From a phage: a DNA stretch of 64,000 nucleotides. This document shows, piece by piece, positions 10,596 through 20,941 of this stretch; within the stretch, counting starts at the first letter, position 1, and every line of letters begins with the position of its first letter. A model generated the notes under the pieces. It had not been told where the DNA came from and made no database searches. It saw nothing but the letters and a program-made list of their open reading frames with translations. The stretch is from the sequence record PV467749.1. One strand, given 5' to 3'. Position numbers and translations under genes: made by a program.

Positions 10596-10621
10596 AAACA
10601 CAAAAAGACCCATAAGGGTCT
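10596..10621 (-). terminator. intrinsic terminator
   Basis: Hairpin AGACCC-ataa-GGGTCT 10606-10621 abutting stop of 10622-11206; U-run follows on minus RNA. Confidence 0.5.
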
Positions 10622-11206
10622 TTATTTTGGTAAAACGCTGTCAATGTACGCTAGAGCCTCATCTCGGAGGTACGTTCCATCTATCGTTATGTAATAGTTC
10701 TTAGGGATATCACTACCAATCTTCTCGTAAATTTTCATACATGATATCACATCTTCATCACAAATGGTACTCAATTGAAACTGTACTTCATCAGTTAAAG
10801 GTACGATATCATGTTTAGATGGGGGGTTGGTATTTTCATTCAAAACAATATCAAACAAATTAGGAGTATTCTTTGACGAAATGTAACGATGTTTACTACG
10901 AATTACCATTCTCGACAGAGAAATACTGGAACTCCATCTTGGGTCCACATCTTCGTATGTTAACGCAATTAACATTTCATAATAATCTTGGAATTTCATT
11001 GATGCATAATATGTTTTGTCCTCACCGTACATTCCAAATGATTTGAATTCAATGTCACCTACATTGTGTGTATCGCTATCACTATTCACGAATTTTAACA
11101 GACTGTTGATTAGTCTGATTAGAATATCATCTTTATTCATTATCAGATAACTCCCTGTGCATGTTGTATAAATCTCTAAAGTCCTGATAGAAATCTTTTT
11201 CTTCAA
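10622..11206 (-). CDS. family A (FQ-motif) paralog
   Basis: 194 aa; motif DEVQFQLST. Confidence 0.55.
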   Translation of the reverse strand: MKKKISIRTLEIYTTCTGSYLIMNKDDILIRLINSLLKFVNSDSDTHNVGDIEFKSFGMYGEDKTYYASMKFQDYYEMLIALTYEDVDPRWSSSISLSRMVIRSKHRYISSKNTPNLFDIVLNENTNPPSKHDIVPLTDEVQFQLSTICDEDVISCMKIYEKIGSDIPKNYYITIDGTYLRDEALAYIDSVLPK

Positions 11207-11699
11207 GAATATCTTTTAAACTAGGAATCTCATCCATAATCTCATCGATATCAGTTTCAATAGTAAAACCTGATTTATAATTTTGTAAGAGATAACTAAA
11301 AGCAACAATGTAAAGAATTTCATTTGGTTTATGGATTAACATGTGTTGGAACATAACTGATTCTAAATCAGATTCAGTACTAAGGTCAGCATAACATGTA
11401 TCGTTTATGTCAATTCGTACTTTACTTGAATTTGGATTCCATGTAAAGCAATGTGTTCCAACTGTTCCCAAACATCCTACTCTTGTACTATCATTTGTTC
11501 CCAAAAAGATATCAAAATACGTTTCATCTGTATAATCGTATTTTTGTACTTTACCTTTTTTAAGGCATAAATCATTATCCTTTCGAAAAGTTTTAGATGA
11601 TAGTGTATCAATGATGCACATTAATGTTTTTGCAAATGCAATACAATGACGTAATTCAAGTCTATGGAAATTATAATTAGTAAAATTCAAAAAATTCAT
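11133..11699 (-). CDS. family A (FQ-motif) paralog
   Basis: 188 aa; motif SVMFQHML; start probably a downstream ATG. Confidence 0.5.
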   Translation of the reverse strand: MNFLNFTNYNFHRLELRHCIAFAKTLMCIIDTLSSKTFRKDNDLCLKKGKVQKYDYTDETYFDIFLGTNDSTRVGCLGTVGTHCFTWNPNSSKVRIDINDTCYADLSTESDLESVMFQHMLIHKPNEILYIVAFSYLLQNYKSGFTIETDIDEIMDEIPSLKDILEEKDFYQDFRDLYNMHRELSDNE

Positions 11700-12238
11700 A
11701 ATTGTACCTTCAATATTTTATCAGCAATTGATATAACCTTGTCATTGAATACATTACCAATTTCAATTCTTATATACATCGCAGGTGGAATCTTTCCCTG
11801 AAGTGCATAATATGTTTGTATACCTAAGTACTCATTATTTGATAATGAAAATTTGATTCTCTCCATATCTATGTCTGATTTTGGTAAATCTAAGAATTCA
11901 TGATGGAAGTCAACATTTTCAGTGTATATCTGTTCGACGTAATTTGAATAGTCACTACTAATGTAGATGCTATCATCACGAACAATTACTTTATAATCAG
12001 AAGGTTCAAACTTATCTTTAGGAGAAAAGAAGACATCATCTATCTTCTCTTCTCGTATACCGAATAACAATTTACCATCGTACTTTACATCAAGCATACT
12101 ACCTAGAATAGTAATTACACAATGTTCATCAATGTCATGACGTAATGAACGAGTCTTGTATTTTGGGTTAATGAAAATTTTCATTAATTTTATACAAATG
12201 TCGGCAATGCATTTTACATTATCATTTTCTATGTACAT
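11696..12238 (-). CDS. hypothetical protein
   Basis: 180 aa. Confidence 0.5.
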   Translation of the reverse strand: MYIENDNVKCIADICIKLMKIFINPKYKTRSLRHDIDEHCVITILGSMLDVKYDGKLLFGIREEKIDDVFFSPKDKFEPSDYKVIVRDDSIYISSDYSNYVEQIYTENVDFHHEFLDLPKSDIDMERIKFSLSNNEYLGIQTYYALQGKIPPAMYIRIEIGNVFNDKVISIADKILKVQL

Positions 12239-12716
12239 CGTAAATCCTCTTTAATTCTTTTACATTTTTAATGAATACTTTCATTGCAGAAATCTCAAAA
12301 GCTAATGATTTAAATTTGCAGTACTTTTTAAAGTACGACATAATGAATAGCATTTTGAGTTCTTTTTCTGTGTAAATTAAACTATTTTGAAAGTAACTTT
12401 CTTCTGATAAATCATCAAGAAAAGGATATACAACTCCATTTGGAGTCAAGAACATGACACGTTCACTCCAAGATCTAAATGAAATGTAATCAGTCTTACC
12501 ACATTCATATAAGGAGTTTATCATTCCGTCAATCATTAAGGAGAACTCAATACTGTATCCTAATCGTTGACACTTGTATCTCTTATCTTCTTTCTTTGTA
12601 ATTACAAAGTGACGACCCAATGCGTCTTTGTTATCGAAAATGAAATCAACTGTCTCTAAACACTCCTTAGCGAACTTTATAGTTTCTCTGTACTTTCGGT
12701 TCATTAGTCTCTCCAA
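12222..12716 (-). CDS. family A (FQ-motif) paralog
   Basis: 164 aa; motif EESYFQNSL. Confidence 0.55.
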   Translation of the reverse strand: MERLMNRKYRETIKFAKECLETVDFIFDNKDALGRHFVITKKEDKRYKCQRLGYSIEFSLMIDGMINSLYECGKTDYISFRSWSERVMFLTPNGVVYPFLDDLSEESYFQNSLIYTEKELKMLFIMSYFKKYCKFKSLAFEISAMKVFIKNVKELKRIYDVHRK

Positions 12717-13117
12717 ACTTTACCAGGGAAGTGTTTCTCGTAGAACTCATCATCACTTAACATATAATCAGGTGTTTCTACTTCTATGGGTTTGTAGAAT
12801 GTTTCTGGAATGTGTGTAATTTTATTGGGTAGTACTTTATGTTCGCGTAAAACCTTCTGTATAGCTCCTAGACGTTGTAAATCAATACAGCCCGGCAGAA
12901 CTAAGCTGTACTGAAATAGCTCATCAGGGGTCATTATAGATACATCCTTGGCTTGTTTGATTTTATTGTTGGCATTAATGAATATATCAAATCCAAGTAC
13001 TGCATTATAGCTTACATATGTTGTTTTGTTTTTGTCAATAGCTGCACTTAAACTATATCCATATATTCCATGTTGGTCAACAATGCATCGTTGCATAATT
13101 TTAATCATTTCGAACAT
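12704..13117 (-). CDS. family A (FQ-motif) paralog
   Basis: 137 aa; motif DELFQYSL. Confidence 0.55.
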   Translation of the reverse strand: MFEMIKIMQRCIVDQHGIYGYSLSAAIDKNKTTYVSYNAVLGFDIFINANNKIKQAKDVSIMTPDELFQYSLVLPGCIDLQRLGAIQKVLREHKVLPNKITHIPETFYKPIEVETPDYMLSDDEFYEKHFPGKVWRD

Positions 13118-13463
13118 AATTTACCTCGTATGTGTTATAATTCCACGTTTTAACACTATCCATTTGTATATCCTGAACTTCATGGAAATATTTAAGTACC
13201 TTCTGGTATTCCATTAGTTCGTACACATCTTCAGTATTGACAGTGCTCTCCTGAAACAATTCCTCTTCTGATAAAGTACTATAATCAGGGATTTTTATTT
13301 CAGAATATATCTCATTCATATATGAATCATTTTGGTAAATCTGTAGATAAAACTGATTATATTCAGGGATATAGGTTACGAAATGGTTCTTGATGAATTC
13401 ATATCTTGAAGCAAAGCAATCATTGCCATCCGTCATGTACTGAATTGTTGTTGTATTATGCAT
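13101..13463 (-). CDS. family A (FQ-motif) paralog
   Basis: 120 aa; motif EEELFQEST. Confidence 0.55.
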   Translation of the reverse strand: MHNTTTIQYMTDGNDCFASRYEFIKNHFVTYIPEYNQFYLQIYQNDSYMNEIYSEIKIPDYSTLSEEELFQESTVNTEDVYELMEYQKVLKYFHEVQDIQMDSVKTWNYNTYEVNYVRND

Positions 13464-13938
13464 TCAAATAATCCACGCATTTATGGTATACATCTAAATC
13501 TAAAAAGAATCGTTGTTTGTATTTGTAATGATGAAGTAGTGCACCATAAAGTAATATAGCATTAAGTACTTTTGCATCATGAATACAAGACCCTTGGAAG
13601 TACATTTCTTCTGTCATGAAAACTAACTCATTGTACGGGATAAGCACTGAATCTCTAAATGTATCAATGTTAATCTTCAAATCGGACCCTTGGCAATATG
13701 AAATATATTCACCTCGGTAATGAAAGTCATTATCGTCAAAGTACTCAGCATATACTTGATTGTTCCTATTATTTTTAAAGGCAAGTCTTCCTTTGGTTGA
13801 ACTGAATTGGTCATATTGGAACATTCCACCAAAAGGCATTCCACCGAAAGGTTGGGGACTTCTGAACTCCTTTGCAATGCGATGAATGTTAGATGCAAAT
13901 TCTAAAACACCATCGTAATCATATTCTGTTGTAATCAT
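13456..13938 (-). CDS. family A (FQ-motif) paralog
   Basis: 160 aa; motif EEMYFQGSC. Confidence 0.55.
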   Translation of the reverse strand: MITTEYDYDGVLEFASNIHRIAKEFRSPQPFGGMPFGGMFQYDQFSSTKGRLAFKNNRNNQVYAEYFDDNDFHYRGEYISYCQGSDLKINIDTFRDSVLIPYNELVFMTEEMYFQGSCIHDAKVLNAILLYGALLHHYKYKQRFFLDLDVYHKCVDYLNA

Positions 13939-14414
13939 AGACCATTTTTCTCCATGTACTCAATGATTTCATCTACGAAGTTTAAATCCATATAGAATCT
14001 ATCATTTGCGTCATTGAGTTCATCTTTAAGTACTGTAAAAATTGTAGAACTAAACACGATTCTCTCATTGTACAAAGTACTGTACTGGAAGAATTCTTCT
14101 TCTGATCTAACATTAAATGTGTCATATTCATCATCATCATTAGATCTAGGATGATAGTACTTAAAACTATCAGATGTATGGAAACAATATGAGATAAAAT
14201 CCCCTGATGGTGCATCGTCAAGTACACGAATACCACAGAAATTCTCATCTGTAGTATGCAACAAATTGCTATTCATTGACAAATAATTTTTGTACGCATA
14301 AAGTGTGCATCGTGGGAGAATTATATTCTCTTTAACTGTTACAAGGAACTTATGAAGTTTAATGATATTTTGTGCGATTTTTTGTGCATTGCTAAATGAT
14401 AGGTCTTTGGACAT
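13935..14414 (-). CDS. family A (FQ-motif) paralog
   Basis: 159 aa; motif EEEFFQYST. Confidence 0.55.
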   Translation of the reverse strand: MSKDLSFSNAQKIAQNIIKLHKFLVTVKENIILPRCTLYAYKNYLSMNSNLLHTTDENFCGIRVLDDAPSGDFISYCFHTSDSFKYYHPRSNDDDEYDTFNVRSEEEFFQYSTLYNERIVFSSTIFTVLKDELNDANDRFYMDLNFVDEIIEYMEKNGL

Positions 14415-14473
14415 TGTGATATAACCCTTTACAATTAATATAAAGAGATTATATCACAAAGATTTGGAGGGTG

Positions 14474-15064
14474 TCAAGAGTTCTCACGAAGTTCTACCAT
14501 TTCTTTCCATACTAAATGGTAATCTTCTAAGTCCAGATAGAAGTCTTCATTTAAGTGCTCATATAAGTACTTGTACATGAATAGTACACCTAAATTGTAT
14601 TCAGTAGTAAGCAATGATTGTTGGAAGTAGTTTTCTTCATTTAGTTCTATATCCATGAACTCAAATCTACCTAGACCTTTTAATGTACGTATCTCAACAT
14701 GTGAAGTATCTGTTTTACTGAAGCACATGAATCCACCTCTAAATTCGGGATCATATTCACATTCATACTGTCCACTGTTATTATAGAAATCTCTATTACC
14801 ATCCTTATCTTTTGGCTTAACAACTGATACGTGAAGGTCGTCATCTTTGTACATTGTACGTTCTGGCGTTTTCACACATTTTAACTTATTTTCTTTAATG
14901 TACTTGATAATATCAATTATATCTTGTGCAGTACTGATTGCTGCCTCGAACGTATCCAACTTAAGATGATTGTATAGAGTTCCCTCGTTCTTTATTTTAT
15001 CTAACATACTAACCTCATAGTTCATACATCTTTGATTTGAATTGCATTGGTCCACCAACTTCAC
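14474..15064 (-). CDS. family A (FQ-motif) paralog
   Basis: 196 aa; motif EENYFQQSL. Confidence 0.55.
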   Translation of the reverse strand: MKLVDQCNSNQRCMNYEVSMLDKIKNEGTLYNHLKLDTFEAAISTAQDIIDIIKYIKENKLKCVKTPERTMYKDDDLHVSVVKPKDKDGNRDFYNNSGQYECEYDPEFRGGFMCFSKTDTSHVEIRTLKGLGRFEFMDIELNEENYFQQSLLTTEYNLGVLFMYKYLYEHLNEDFYLDLEDYHLVWKEMVELRENS

Positions 15065-15353
15065 ATGGATAATTTTCCATAATACGATTCAAAAGTATCT
15101 GGTACTGTTGTAGTACTTCAATTTCCAAATGTATACTACTATCCAGTACTAATGACTCCTGAAACAATTCACCTGTATCTAAACCTGAAAAATCATTTAT
15201 AGTTAGCATTGGCTTATCATTTGTACGCAATGTAAATGATTCCTCATTTCGGATTAATGTACAGAATTCATTATGTTTTCTGTTATAATTCATTTTAACT
15301 AATAATAACTTAGTGTGAGTTGCGTACATTATTTTTACTAATTCAGTCTTCAT
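15015..15353 (-). CDS. family A (FQ-motif) paralog
   Basis: 112 aa; motif GELFQESL; start may be downstream. Confidence 0.5.
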   Translation of the reverse strand: MKTELVKIMYATHTKLLLVKMNYNRKHNEFCTLIRNEESFTLRTNDKPMLTINDFSGLDTGELFQESLVLDSSIHLEIEVLQQYQILLNRIMENYPCEVGGPMQFKSKMYEL

Positions 15354-15702
15354 AACGGAATAAAATTCTCCTGTACTGCTCCGGCTTAGTACTCAATCTC
15401 TTCACCGGATAATTGTCGAAGATCCTTTTCATTTCTTTCTGGATTAAACAAAGAAAATCAAAATCACAATAGTATTTTTTATCCCATACTAAACTTTCTT
15501 GAAATAACTCATCTTCTTGCATTAGCGTAGTATCAATCGTATCTTCACGTGTATTTGAGTACGCTTCATGACATTGAAATCCATCTTCTGACAATTCTAA
15601 TGTATATGCCGCCATTTCAAACATATCATCATTTGTCTTTAACGAAAGTAAACAACAAACGTATTTTTTCGTTGTGTAGTACGTAATACTAATGGTATTC
15701 AT
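15343..15702 (-). CDS. family A (FQ-motif) paralog
   Basis: 119 aa; motif EDELFQESL. Confidence 0.55.
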   Translation of the reverse strand: MNTISITYYTTKKYVCCLLSLKTNDDMFEMAAYTLELSEDGFQCHEAYSNTREDTIDTTLMQEDELFQESLVWDKKYYCDFDFLCLIQKEMKRIFDNYPVKRLSTKPEQYRRILFRYED

Positions 15703-15707
15703 GGCAT

Positions 15708-16310
15708 TTAAACCTCAGTATAAAGCTTACAATAGCTTTCATCGAAATCAAAAATACTTCTCAAGAACTGACAAAGGTCAGTAAAAATATTTACATTTGC
15801 TATATACACATTATCAAATTCTGTTCTTTCGAAGAATGTATGCATAGAATTTGTAATATATCTCATTGCAGATTCACGCTGCATTGTTATATCATTTGTG
15901 AACATCGCATCTTCATCAGTACTGACTAATTCAATATCAAATGATTGCATATATGGGATACTCTTCCCTAGTGCAAAGCTATCACCGTATGATGCTTCAA
16001 CTGCACCTTTAGAATACACCAATTGATATAAGTCCGAAATAGGGTTATAAAAAGTACGACATATTGATGAACATAATTTATTATCTATCCAAAAGAAAAC
16101 CCTATTTGTATTACCGTCAAATGCTATACGCAATCCATCACCATCTAACGATATATCACCATCGAGATTAAAAGAGAACTGAACTAATGCTTTTTCTAAG
16201 TCCATTCTTTTGTGATAAATGATTTCTTGCATATAGATAATATCATTTACTAATTTCTTAAAATACAAATGAACCTCAGTACTACAACATTTATTTGCAT
16301 TTAATAACAT
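15708..16310 (-). CDS. hypothetical protein
   Basis: 200 aa; no FQ motif. Confidence 0.5.
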   Translation of the reverse strand: MLLNANKCCSTEVHLYFKKLVNDIIYMQEIIYHKRMDLEKALVQFSFNLDGDISLDGDGLRIAFDGNTNRVFFWIDNKLCSSICRTFYNPISDLYQLVYSKGAVEASYGDSFALGKSIPYMQSFDIELVSTDEDAMFTNDITMQRESAMRYITNSMHTFFERTEFDNVYIANVNIFTDLCQFLRSIFDFDESYCKLYTEV

Positions 16311-16897
16311 AGTAGTTCCTTATACATTGCGTGTATTCTTTCAATATCTCTGTAATAACTCATATCTTCACGAGTATCATTAAAAATAGTAACACTGAAT
16401 ATATTAATACTAATTGAACTATTATCAATGTACTCTTTTAATTTATTATAAAGATATATACATTTAGTAGATGTATCATCCCACATAAGACTATTTTGAA
16501 AGATGTTTTCTTCTGTATTAGGATATAAGTACTGGTCAATATTGTACTCCAATGAACTATCACAGTTTTTATATACAGAAATAGATGGAAAATTTTTATT
16601 GTACATAATACTAATAACATTATCATTGTATGTAGAAATTAAACTGGTACTGGATGCTACACTTTCATCATAATTCAGTACTGAAATTCTTGCATTATCT
16701 GTGCAGTACAGATGTTTCATTCCACCTCTCATAGCCATAGTAAGAAATTTATCAGTGAACCATATTCCTTTTGTTTTCAGTATAGTTTCATGCATAAGAT
16801 AAGTTTCAATGAAGATTTTTACACGCTCAAATGCTAAGTCAAGTTCATTGTACATAACGGATATCCTTCTGTAAAGAATCAATATATTCTTTAACAA
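16301..16897 (-). CDS. family A (FQ-motif) paralog
   Basis: 198 aa; motif EENIFQNSL. Confidence 0.55.
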   Translation of the reverse strand: MLKNILILYRRISVMYNELDLAFERVKIFIETYLMHETILKTKGIWFTDKFLTMAMRGGMKHLYCTDNARISVLNYDESVASSTSLISTYNDNVISIMYNKNFPSISVYKNCDSSLEYNIDQYLYPNTEENIFQNSLMWDDTSTKCIYLYNKLKEYIDNSSISINIFSVTIFNDTREDMSYYRDIERIHAMYKELLCY

Positions 16898-17036
16898 CTT
16901 GTTCCTGATACTGTGTGCCCAAATACATCAGTACTTTTAACTCTTTGAATTCAGTACTATATGAGTCGGTTTGCATCATTTTAGAAGAATATATATTGAA
17001 TAGTTTGGCAATATCATCTTGGTCTATTATTTTCAT
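16845..17036 (-). CDS. family B (LGTNYQE-motif) small protein, outlier copy
   Basis: 63 aa; motif YLGTQYQEQVV. Confidence 0.5.
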   Translation of the reverse strand: MKIIDQDDIAKLFNIYSSKMMQTDSYSTEFKELKVLMYLGTQYQEQVVKEYIDSLQKDIRYVQ

Positions 17037-17241
17037 ATATTCTCTTCTGGATTAGTTCCTGTAAGTGCTGAATATAACCCTTCATTGCAACATCCTGTTT
17101 GTTAGAGCCAACGAAGAACAATAGCTTAAAGTCATGGTAATCCATTTTTGGTTTAGTAGTGAACCATATGTCCCACACTGCCCTCACAGTTCTCATGTAT
17201 TCAATTCGATTAAATGTTTTTGAATACTTCATCGAAATCAA
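17014..17241 (-). CDS. family B-like small protein
   Basis: 75 aa; degenerate motif FVGSNKQDVAM. Confidence 0.4.
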   Translation of the reverse strand: MISMKYSKTFNRIEYMRTVRAVWDIWFTTKPKMDYHDFKLLFFVGSNKQDVAMKGYIQHLQELIQKRIYENNRPR

Positions 17242-17743
17242 CCTTTAATAAATTGATATTTAAATTACTGTTAAATGCCATCTGCAATTCCATATAGAAC
17301 TGAATAATAGCATAGTCAGGATCAGTACAAGATAGTTGAAAGCACTGTTCTTCAAATGAATTGTAATTGTACTTAGGAATATTAATAGTACGATATAACT
17401 CTGGATAACCCCATATCATAGTGTACACGTCAATTTCAGTACACTTTTTCTTAAAAGTCATCTGTCGAATAGTTTCAGATCTGGATTCAAGGTATACAAC
17501 ATTCTTATGAACGGCTGAACCAATTGAAAGCAATGATGTATCAATGACGTGTTTCTCACGTATCTCACACTTCTGGAATGCACCATTCCCTTGTAGAAGT
17601 TTATGGAAATCGTACTTCTCACTAATAACTGTACTAGGATCAATTAATCCAGTACTGCATTTTTTCAGTACTGGTACGATAGTGCGAATTTTTTTTGATA
17701 AATCTTGTAATGCATCATAATCATTAATGTTAATTTTTCTCAA
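17210..17743 (-). CDS. family A (FQ-motif) paralog
   Basis: 177 aa; motif EEQCFQLSC. Confidence 0.55.
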   Translation of the reverse strand: MRKININDYDALQDLSKKIRTIVPVLKKCSTGLIDPSTVISEKYDFHKLLQGNGAFQKCEIREKHVIDTSLLSIGSAVHKNVVYLESRSETIRQMTFKKKCTEIDVYTMIWGYPELYRTINIPKYNYNSFEEQCFQLSCTDPDYAIIQFYMELQMAFNSNLNINLLKVDFDEVFKNI

Positions 17744-18185
17744 AGGATGCCTCTTCTATAGTAACGAAATCAACTAACCTATCCAGATTTTCAGTGTCAA
17801 GATAAAATACATCCAGTACTGACTTCTGATATAGTACACTAAATGTACATAGATTGTCAAGTGTTCCTTCATTATAAACAGTACTTCCCTGGAAGTACCC
17901 TTCTTCTGTACTCAGAGATAAAATATCAGAAATTTTAAAAGATTCTTCATTCTCATGACGCTCTATCGTAACTTCATCATATTTTCTGTTCAATGAAATA
18001 TAATCGTATGCTAACTCAATTAGACTATAATTATCCGCATTAGTATCAAATAAAGAATCAATTGTAATCTTCGTGCCATTAGAAACTTCTCTTCGTTCAT
18101 CATCTACGTATTCAGGATTTTCTTTGAAGAACTTAACAACTTTTAGAATATCATTTGCTTTCTTGATTGCACTTTCGTAACTCAT
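17730..18185 (-). CDS. family A (FQ-motif) paralog
   Basis: 151 aa; motif EEGYFQGST. Confidence 0.55.
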   Translation of the reverse strand: MSYESAIKKANDILKVVKFFKENPEYVDDERREVSNGTKITIDSLFDTNADNYSLIELAYDYISLNRKYDEVTIERHENEESFKISDILSLSTEEGYFQGSTVYNEGTLDNLCTFSVLYQKSVLDVFYLDTENLDRLVDFVTIEEASFEKN

Positions 18186-18624
18186 TTTTTCTGGACTCCA
18201 TATATATTACCTGATTTAGTTCATATACATAATCTAAATCAATGAATATAGAATTATTAAAGTTCTCTTGCAGGAATGCATTAAAAACTACTAAAGCTCT
18301 TAACGCCCCATTTGGGTATATAGTACTGTACTGGAAGTAAGCATCTTCTGAATTTAAAAATAGTACTTCTTCTTCTGTGAATTCAAAATATTTTCCACCT
18401 TCCTCTATATAATAGAAAGTTCCAGAATCCCATACGAAGTACTTGAATTCCAAATCATAATCATGGGACTCGTACTTATATTCATTACCTAATCCTAGAA
18501 TATCTGTACCAACACTTATAGTACTAATATATGCCCCTTTATAGTCTAAGTACTTTACATTATTTTGAAAGAACTTTACTATATTAACTAATTCCTCAGC
18601 GTGCTTAAGATCACTTTCGTACAT
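18151..18624 (-). CDS. family A (FQ-motif) paralog
   Basis: 157 aa; motif EDAYFQYST. Confidence 0.55.
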   Translation of the reverse strand: MYESDLKHAEELVNIVKFFQNNVKYLDYKGAYISTISVGTDILGLGNEYKYESHDYDLEFKYFVWDSGTFYYIEEGGKYFEFTEEEVLFLNSEDAYFQYSTIYPNGALRALVVFNAFLQENFNNSIFIDLDYVYELNQVIYMESRKNELRKCNQESK

Positions 18625-18938
18625 TATATTTCAATCTCTATATATTTTTGGGTAATTAAGTAATCCCAGTAGTACTTCACATGTTTTTGTATCTCAAGTA
18701 AAGCATAAAAATTAATTCTCTTATCCCATACAAGTGATTCCTGAAAAATAAATGATTCATGATCATCTCTGTAATCACATTCAAGGAAGTCAGGAAGATA
18801 ATCACAATCGTGAAGATATTCAATCATTAAAGATTCATTACATCTTCTAACGGCAAGGTGCTGGAAATTATCATGATCGAAGAAATACATTAAACTAATT
18901 GTACCTGGAATGTACTGAATACTGTATAATAATTTCAT
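18624..18938 (-). CDS. family A (FQ-motif) paralog
   Basis: 104 aa; motif ESFIFQESL. Confidence 0.55.
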   Translation of the reverse strand: MKLLYSIQYIPGTISLMYFFDHDNFQHLAVRRCNESLMIEYLHDCDYLPDFLECDYRDDHESFIFQESLVWDKRINFYALLEIQKHVKYYWDYLITQKYIEIEI

Positions 18939-19378
18939 CGTTTACCCTTATGTTCGGCACGTACATATTCATAATCCAAATAAAACCTTGTACTATCAAT
19001 ACTTTTAAAGTACCACATAATAACTAAAGTATCTAGTACTTCATCATCATACAAAGTACTATTCTGAAAGTAATACTCTTCACTATCCCACGGACCTTTC
19101 AGTACTTCAAAGTTCAATTTTAAAGGTCTGCTGCGATTATAAAAACGGATTTCACCACCATAAGCATAACTGATAAATTCTGCATCTGGATTGTATTGTG
19201 AAAAATCTGCGGGACTTTTGGAATTCAGCCCAAGAATAACTGTAGTTGTGGTAAAATCACTATCCTTGTAGTAGTTACCATTCTCGGCTTTGTATACTTC
19301 TTCGAACTTCCCAGCCTTAATATCTTCAATATATGCCTGTAGTTCTTTTGCTTTATCAAGAGCACTTTGTAATGACAT
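18935..19378 (-). CDS. family A (FQ-motif) paralog, subgroup PWDSEEYYFQ
   Basis: 147 aa; motif EEYYFQNST; one of 4 near-identical tandem copies. Confidence 0.6.
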   Translation of the reverse strand: MSLQSALDKAKELQAYIEDIKAGKFEEVYKAENGNYYKDSDFTTTTVILGLNSKSPADFSQYNPDAEFISYAYGGEIRFYNRSRPLKLNFEVLKGPWDSEEYYFQNSTLYDDEVLDTLVIMWYFKSIDSTRFYLDYEYVRAEHKGKR

Positions 19379-19844
19379 TATCTTCCCCTACAGTATTCTC
19401 TACGTATTCATAATCGAAATAGAAACTATCAGAACCAATACTTTTAAAGTACCACATAATTACAATAACATCTAATTCTTCTTCATTGTACACAGTACTG
19501 TTCTGGAAGTAATATTCTTCACTATCCCACGGACCTTCTAGTACTGAATACGGAATGATTGTGTCATAATCATCGTAATCAGGGCTGTAAATTATAATAT
19601 CTTCATCTCTACAATAACTAATGTACTGATTGTACATATGATATTCACAGTCATCAGTATCACCCGTATCAGTGTGTAGTACTAACGTTTCTGCATGTAT
19701 CTCTGACTCATCATAATCGTCGCGGTCTTTTACAAAAAATTCAGTATCAGATGTTTTATACACACCAGGCACTGAACCTTCTTGTACCATAATCATGTAC
19801 TCATGAATCTTCTTTGCTTCTTTCAATGCACTTTCTAATGACAT
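19356..19844 (-). CDS. family A (FQ-motif) paralog, subgroup PWDSEEYYFQ
   Basis: 162 aa; motif EEYYFQNST. Confidence 0.6.
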   Translation of the reverse strand: MSLESALKEAKKIHEYMIMVQEGSVPGVYKTSDTEFFVKDRDDYDESEIHAETLVLHTDTGDTDDCEYHMYNQYISYCRDEDIIIYSPDYDDYDTIIPYSVLEGPWDSEEYYFQNSTVYNEEELDVIVIMWYFKSIGSDSFYFDYEYVENTVGEDNVITKCS

Positions 19845-19846
19845 TA

Positions 19847-20287
19847 CTAATCCCCTGTACTTAAATATTCACATGCTCCCCAGTCAAGGAAGAAGGGTTC
19901 AAAATTCAATTCCTTAAAGTACCACAAAACAACCAAGGAATCAAGCATTTCTTGGTTAAAAATAAGACTCTGTTGGAAGTAATACTCTTCAGTACCCCAC
20001 GGTCCATCAAGTACCCCGAAGTCAACAGGTGTATTTGATGTGTCAAAAGTAATCTTAGTACCTGGAATATATACAAAAAAACTAGTATATTGACTACATG
20101 AAGAGTACTGTATAGTATTGTCTTTATCATGGCCCATAAGTAAAATATCATCAGAGTATGTCTTTATACCTGATAGATAATACTCATTACCAAATGCACT
20201 TACTTTATCACCATAGAAACCACTTTTTATGTTATCGTGGAAGTGATGTATTTTGTGTGCCAGTTTAAGTGCACTTGCTAAACTCAT
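19847..20287 (-). CDS. family A (FQ-motif) paralog, subgroup PWDSEEYYFQ
   Basis: 146 aa; motif EEYYFQQSL. Confidence 0.6.
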   Translation of the reverse strand: MSLASALKLAHKIHHFHDNIKSGFYGDKVSAFGNEYYLSGIKTYSDDILLMGHDKDNTIQYSSCSQYTSFFVYIPGTKITFDTSNTPVDFGVLDGPWGTEEYYFQQSLIFNQEMLDSLVVLWYFKELNFEPFFLDWGACEYLSTGD

Positions 20288-20754
20288 ATATCCTCTTTAA
20301 TAACTCGTAGTAGATCCAAGTCCAGATAGAAGCTAGGACAATCGGTATTATTAAAGTACCACAGAATGACAAGCTTGTCAAGCACATATTCCTCGTAGAT
20401 AGTATTCTGCTGGAAGTAGAACTCTTCACTTCCCCAGTCATTATCCAGTACTGAATACGGAAGATGTTTCTCTGCTGCACCAGTTTTAATGTCAGTATCT
20501 TGTATTAAAATATCAGCATCACGACAGAAGTACATGTAATTATCTTCCAGATTAACAACACACCCATTGAGTGTTGTTTCAGAAGAATCTAAGTTTTCTT
20601 CATACATGTGAATGTACTCACTACTGTCATCGTATATCATTCGACAATAAGCTTTACCTTCCTTGAATAGATACCCATTGAGACGATTGAGTACTATTTC
20701 CTTTTTACATAAATCAATTAACTTAGCAATTTCTAATGCTCTTGCAAAACTCAT
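20284..20754 (-). CDS. family A (FQ-motif) paralog, subgroup PWDSEEYYFQ
   Basis: 156 aa; motif EEFYFQQNT. Confidence 0.6.
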   Translation of the reverse strand: MSFARALEIAKLIDLCKKEIVLNRLNGYLFKEGKAYCRMIYDDSSEYIHMYEENLDSSETTLNGCVVNLEDNYMYFCRDADILIQDTDIKTGAAEKHLPYSVLDNDWGSEEFYFQQNTIYEEYVLDKLVILWYFNNTDCPSFYLDLDLLRVIKEDI

Positions 20755-20755
20755 A

Positions 20756-20941
20756 TCAACTCCTGTGTTGTGTCTTGATATAATCTCGGTAAACCATGTG
20801 AATATTAGCTATATACAATTCACTAATATCATATGTACCGAAGTACATGTCATTCCTAATGCTGTTGTTATGTCTAATATCAATTACGAATCGTCGAAGT
20901 ATTGTATTCATGAATGATTCCATTTGTTCTTTTTTATTCAT
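20756..20941 (-). CDS. hypothetical small protein
   Basis: 61 aa ORF filling the gap between array members. Confidence 0.4.
   Translation of the reverse strand: MNKKEQMESFMNTILRRFVIDIRHNNSIRNDMYFGTYDISELYIANIHMVYRDYIKTQHRS

Noticed and set aside
13456-13938. Family A motif (EEMYFQGS, EEGYFQGS, EENYFQQS) read as a TEV or NIa-type protease cleavage site E-x-x-Y-x-Q-[GS]
   Set aside because: The resemblance is striking, but the residue after Q is variable in most members (N, Q, E, L, Y), no protease gene is visible in the window, and a conserved structural core is the simpler explanation. Mentioned only because it could be tested.
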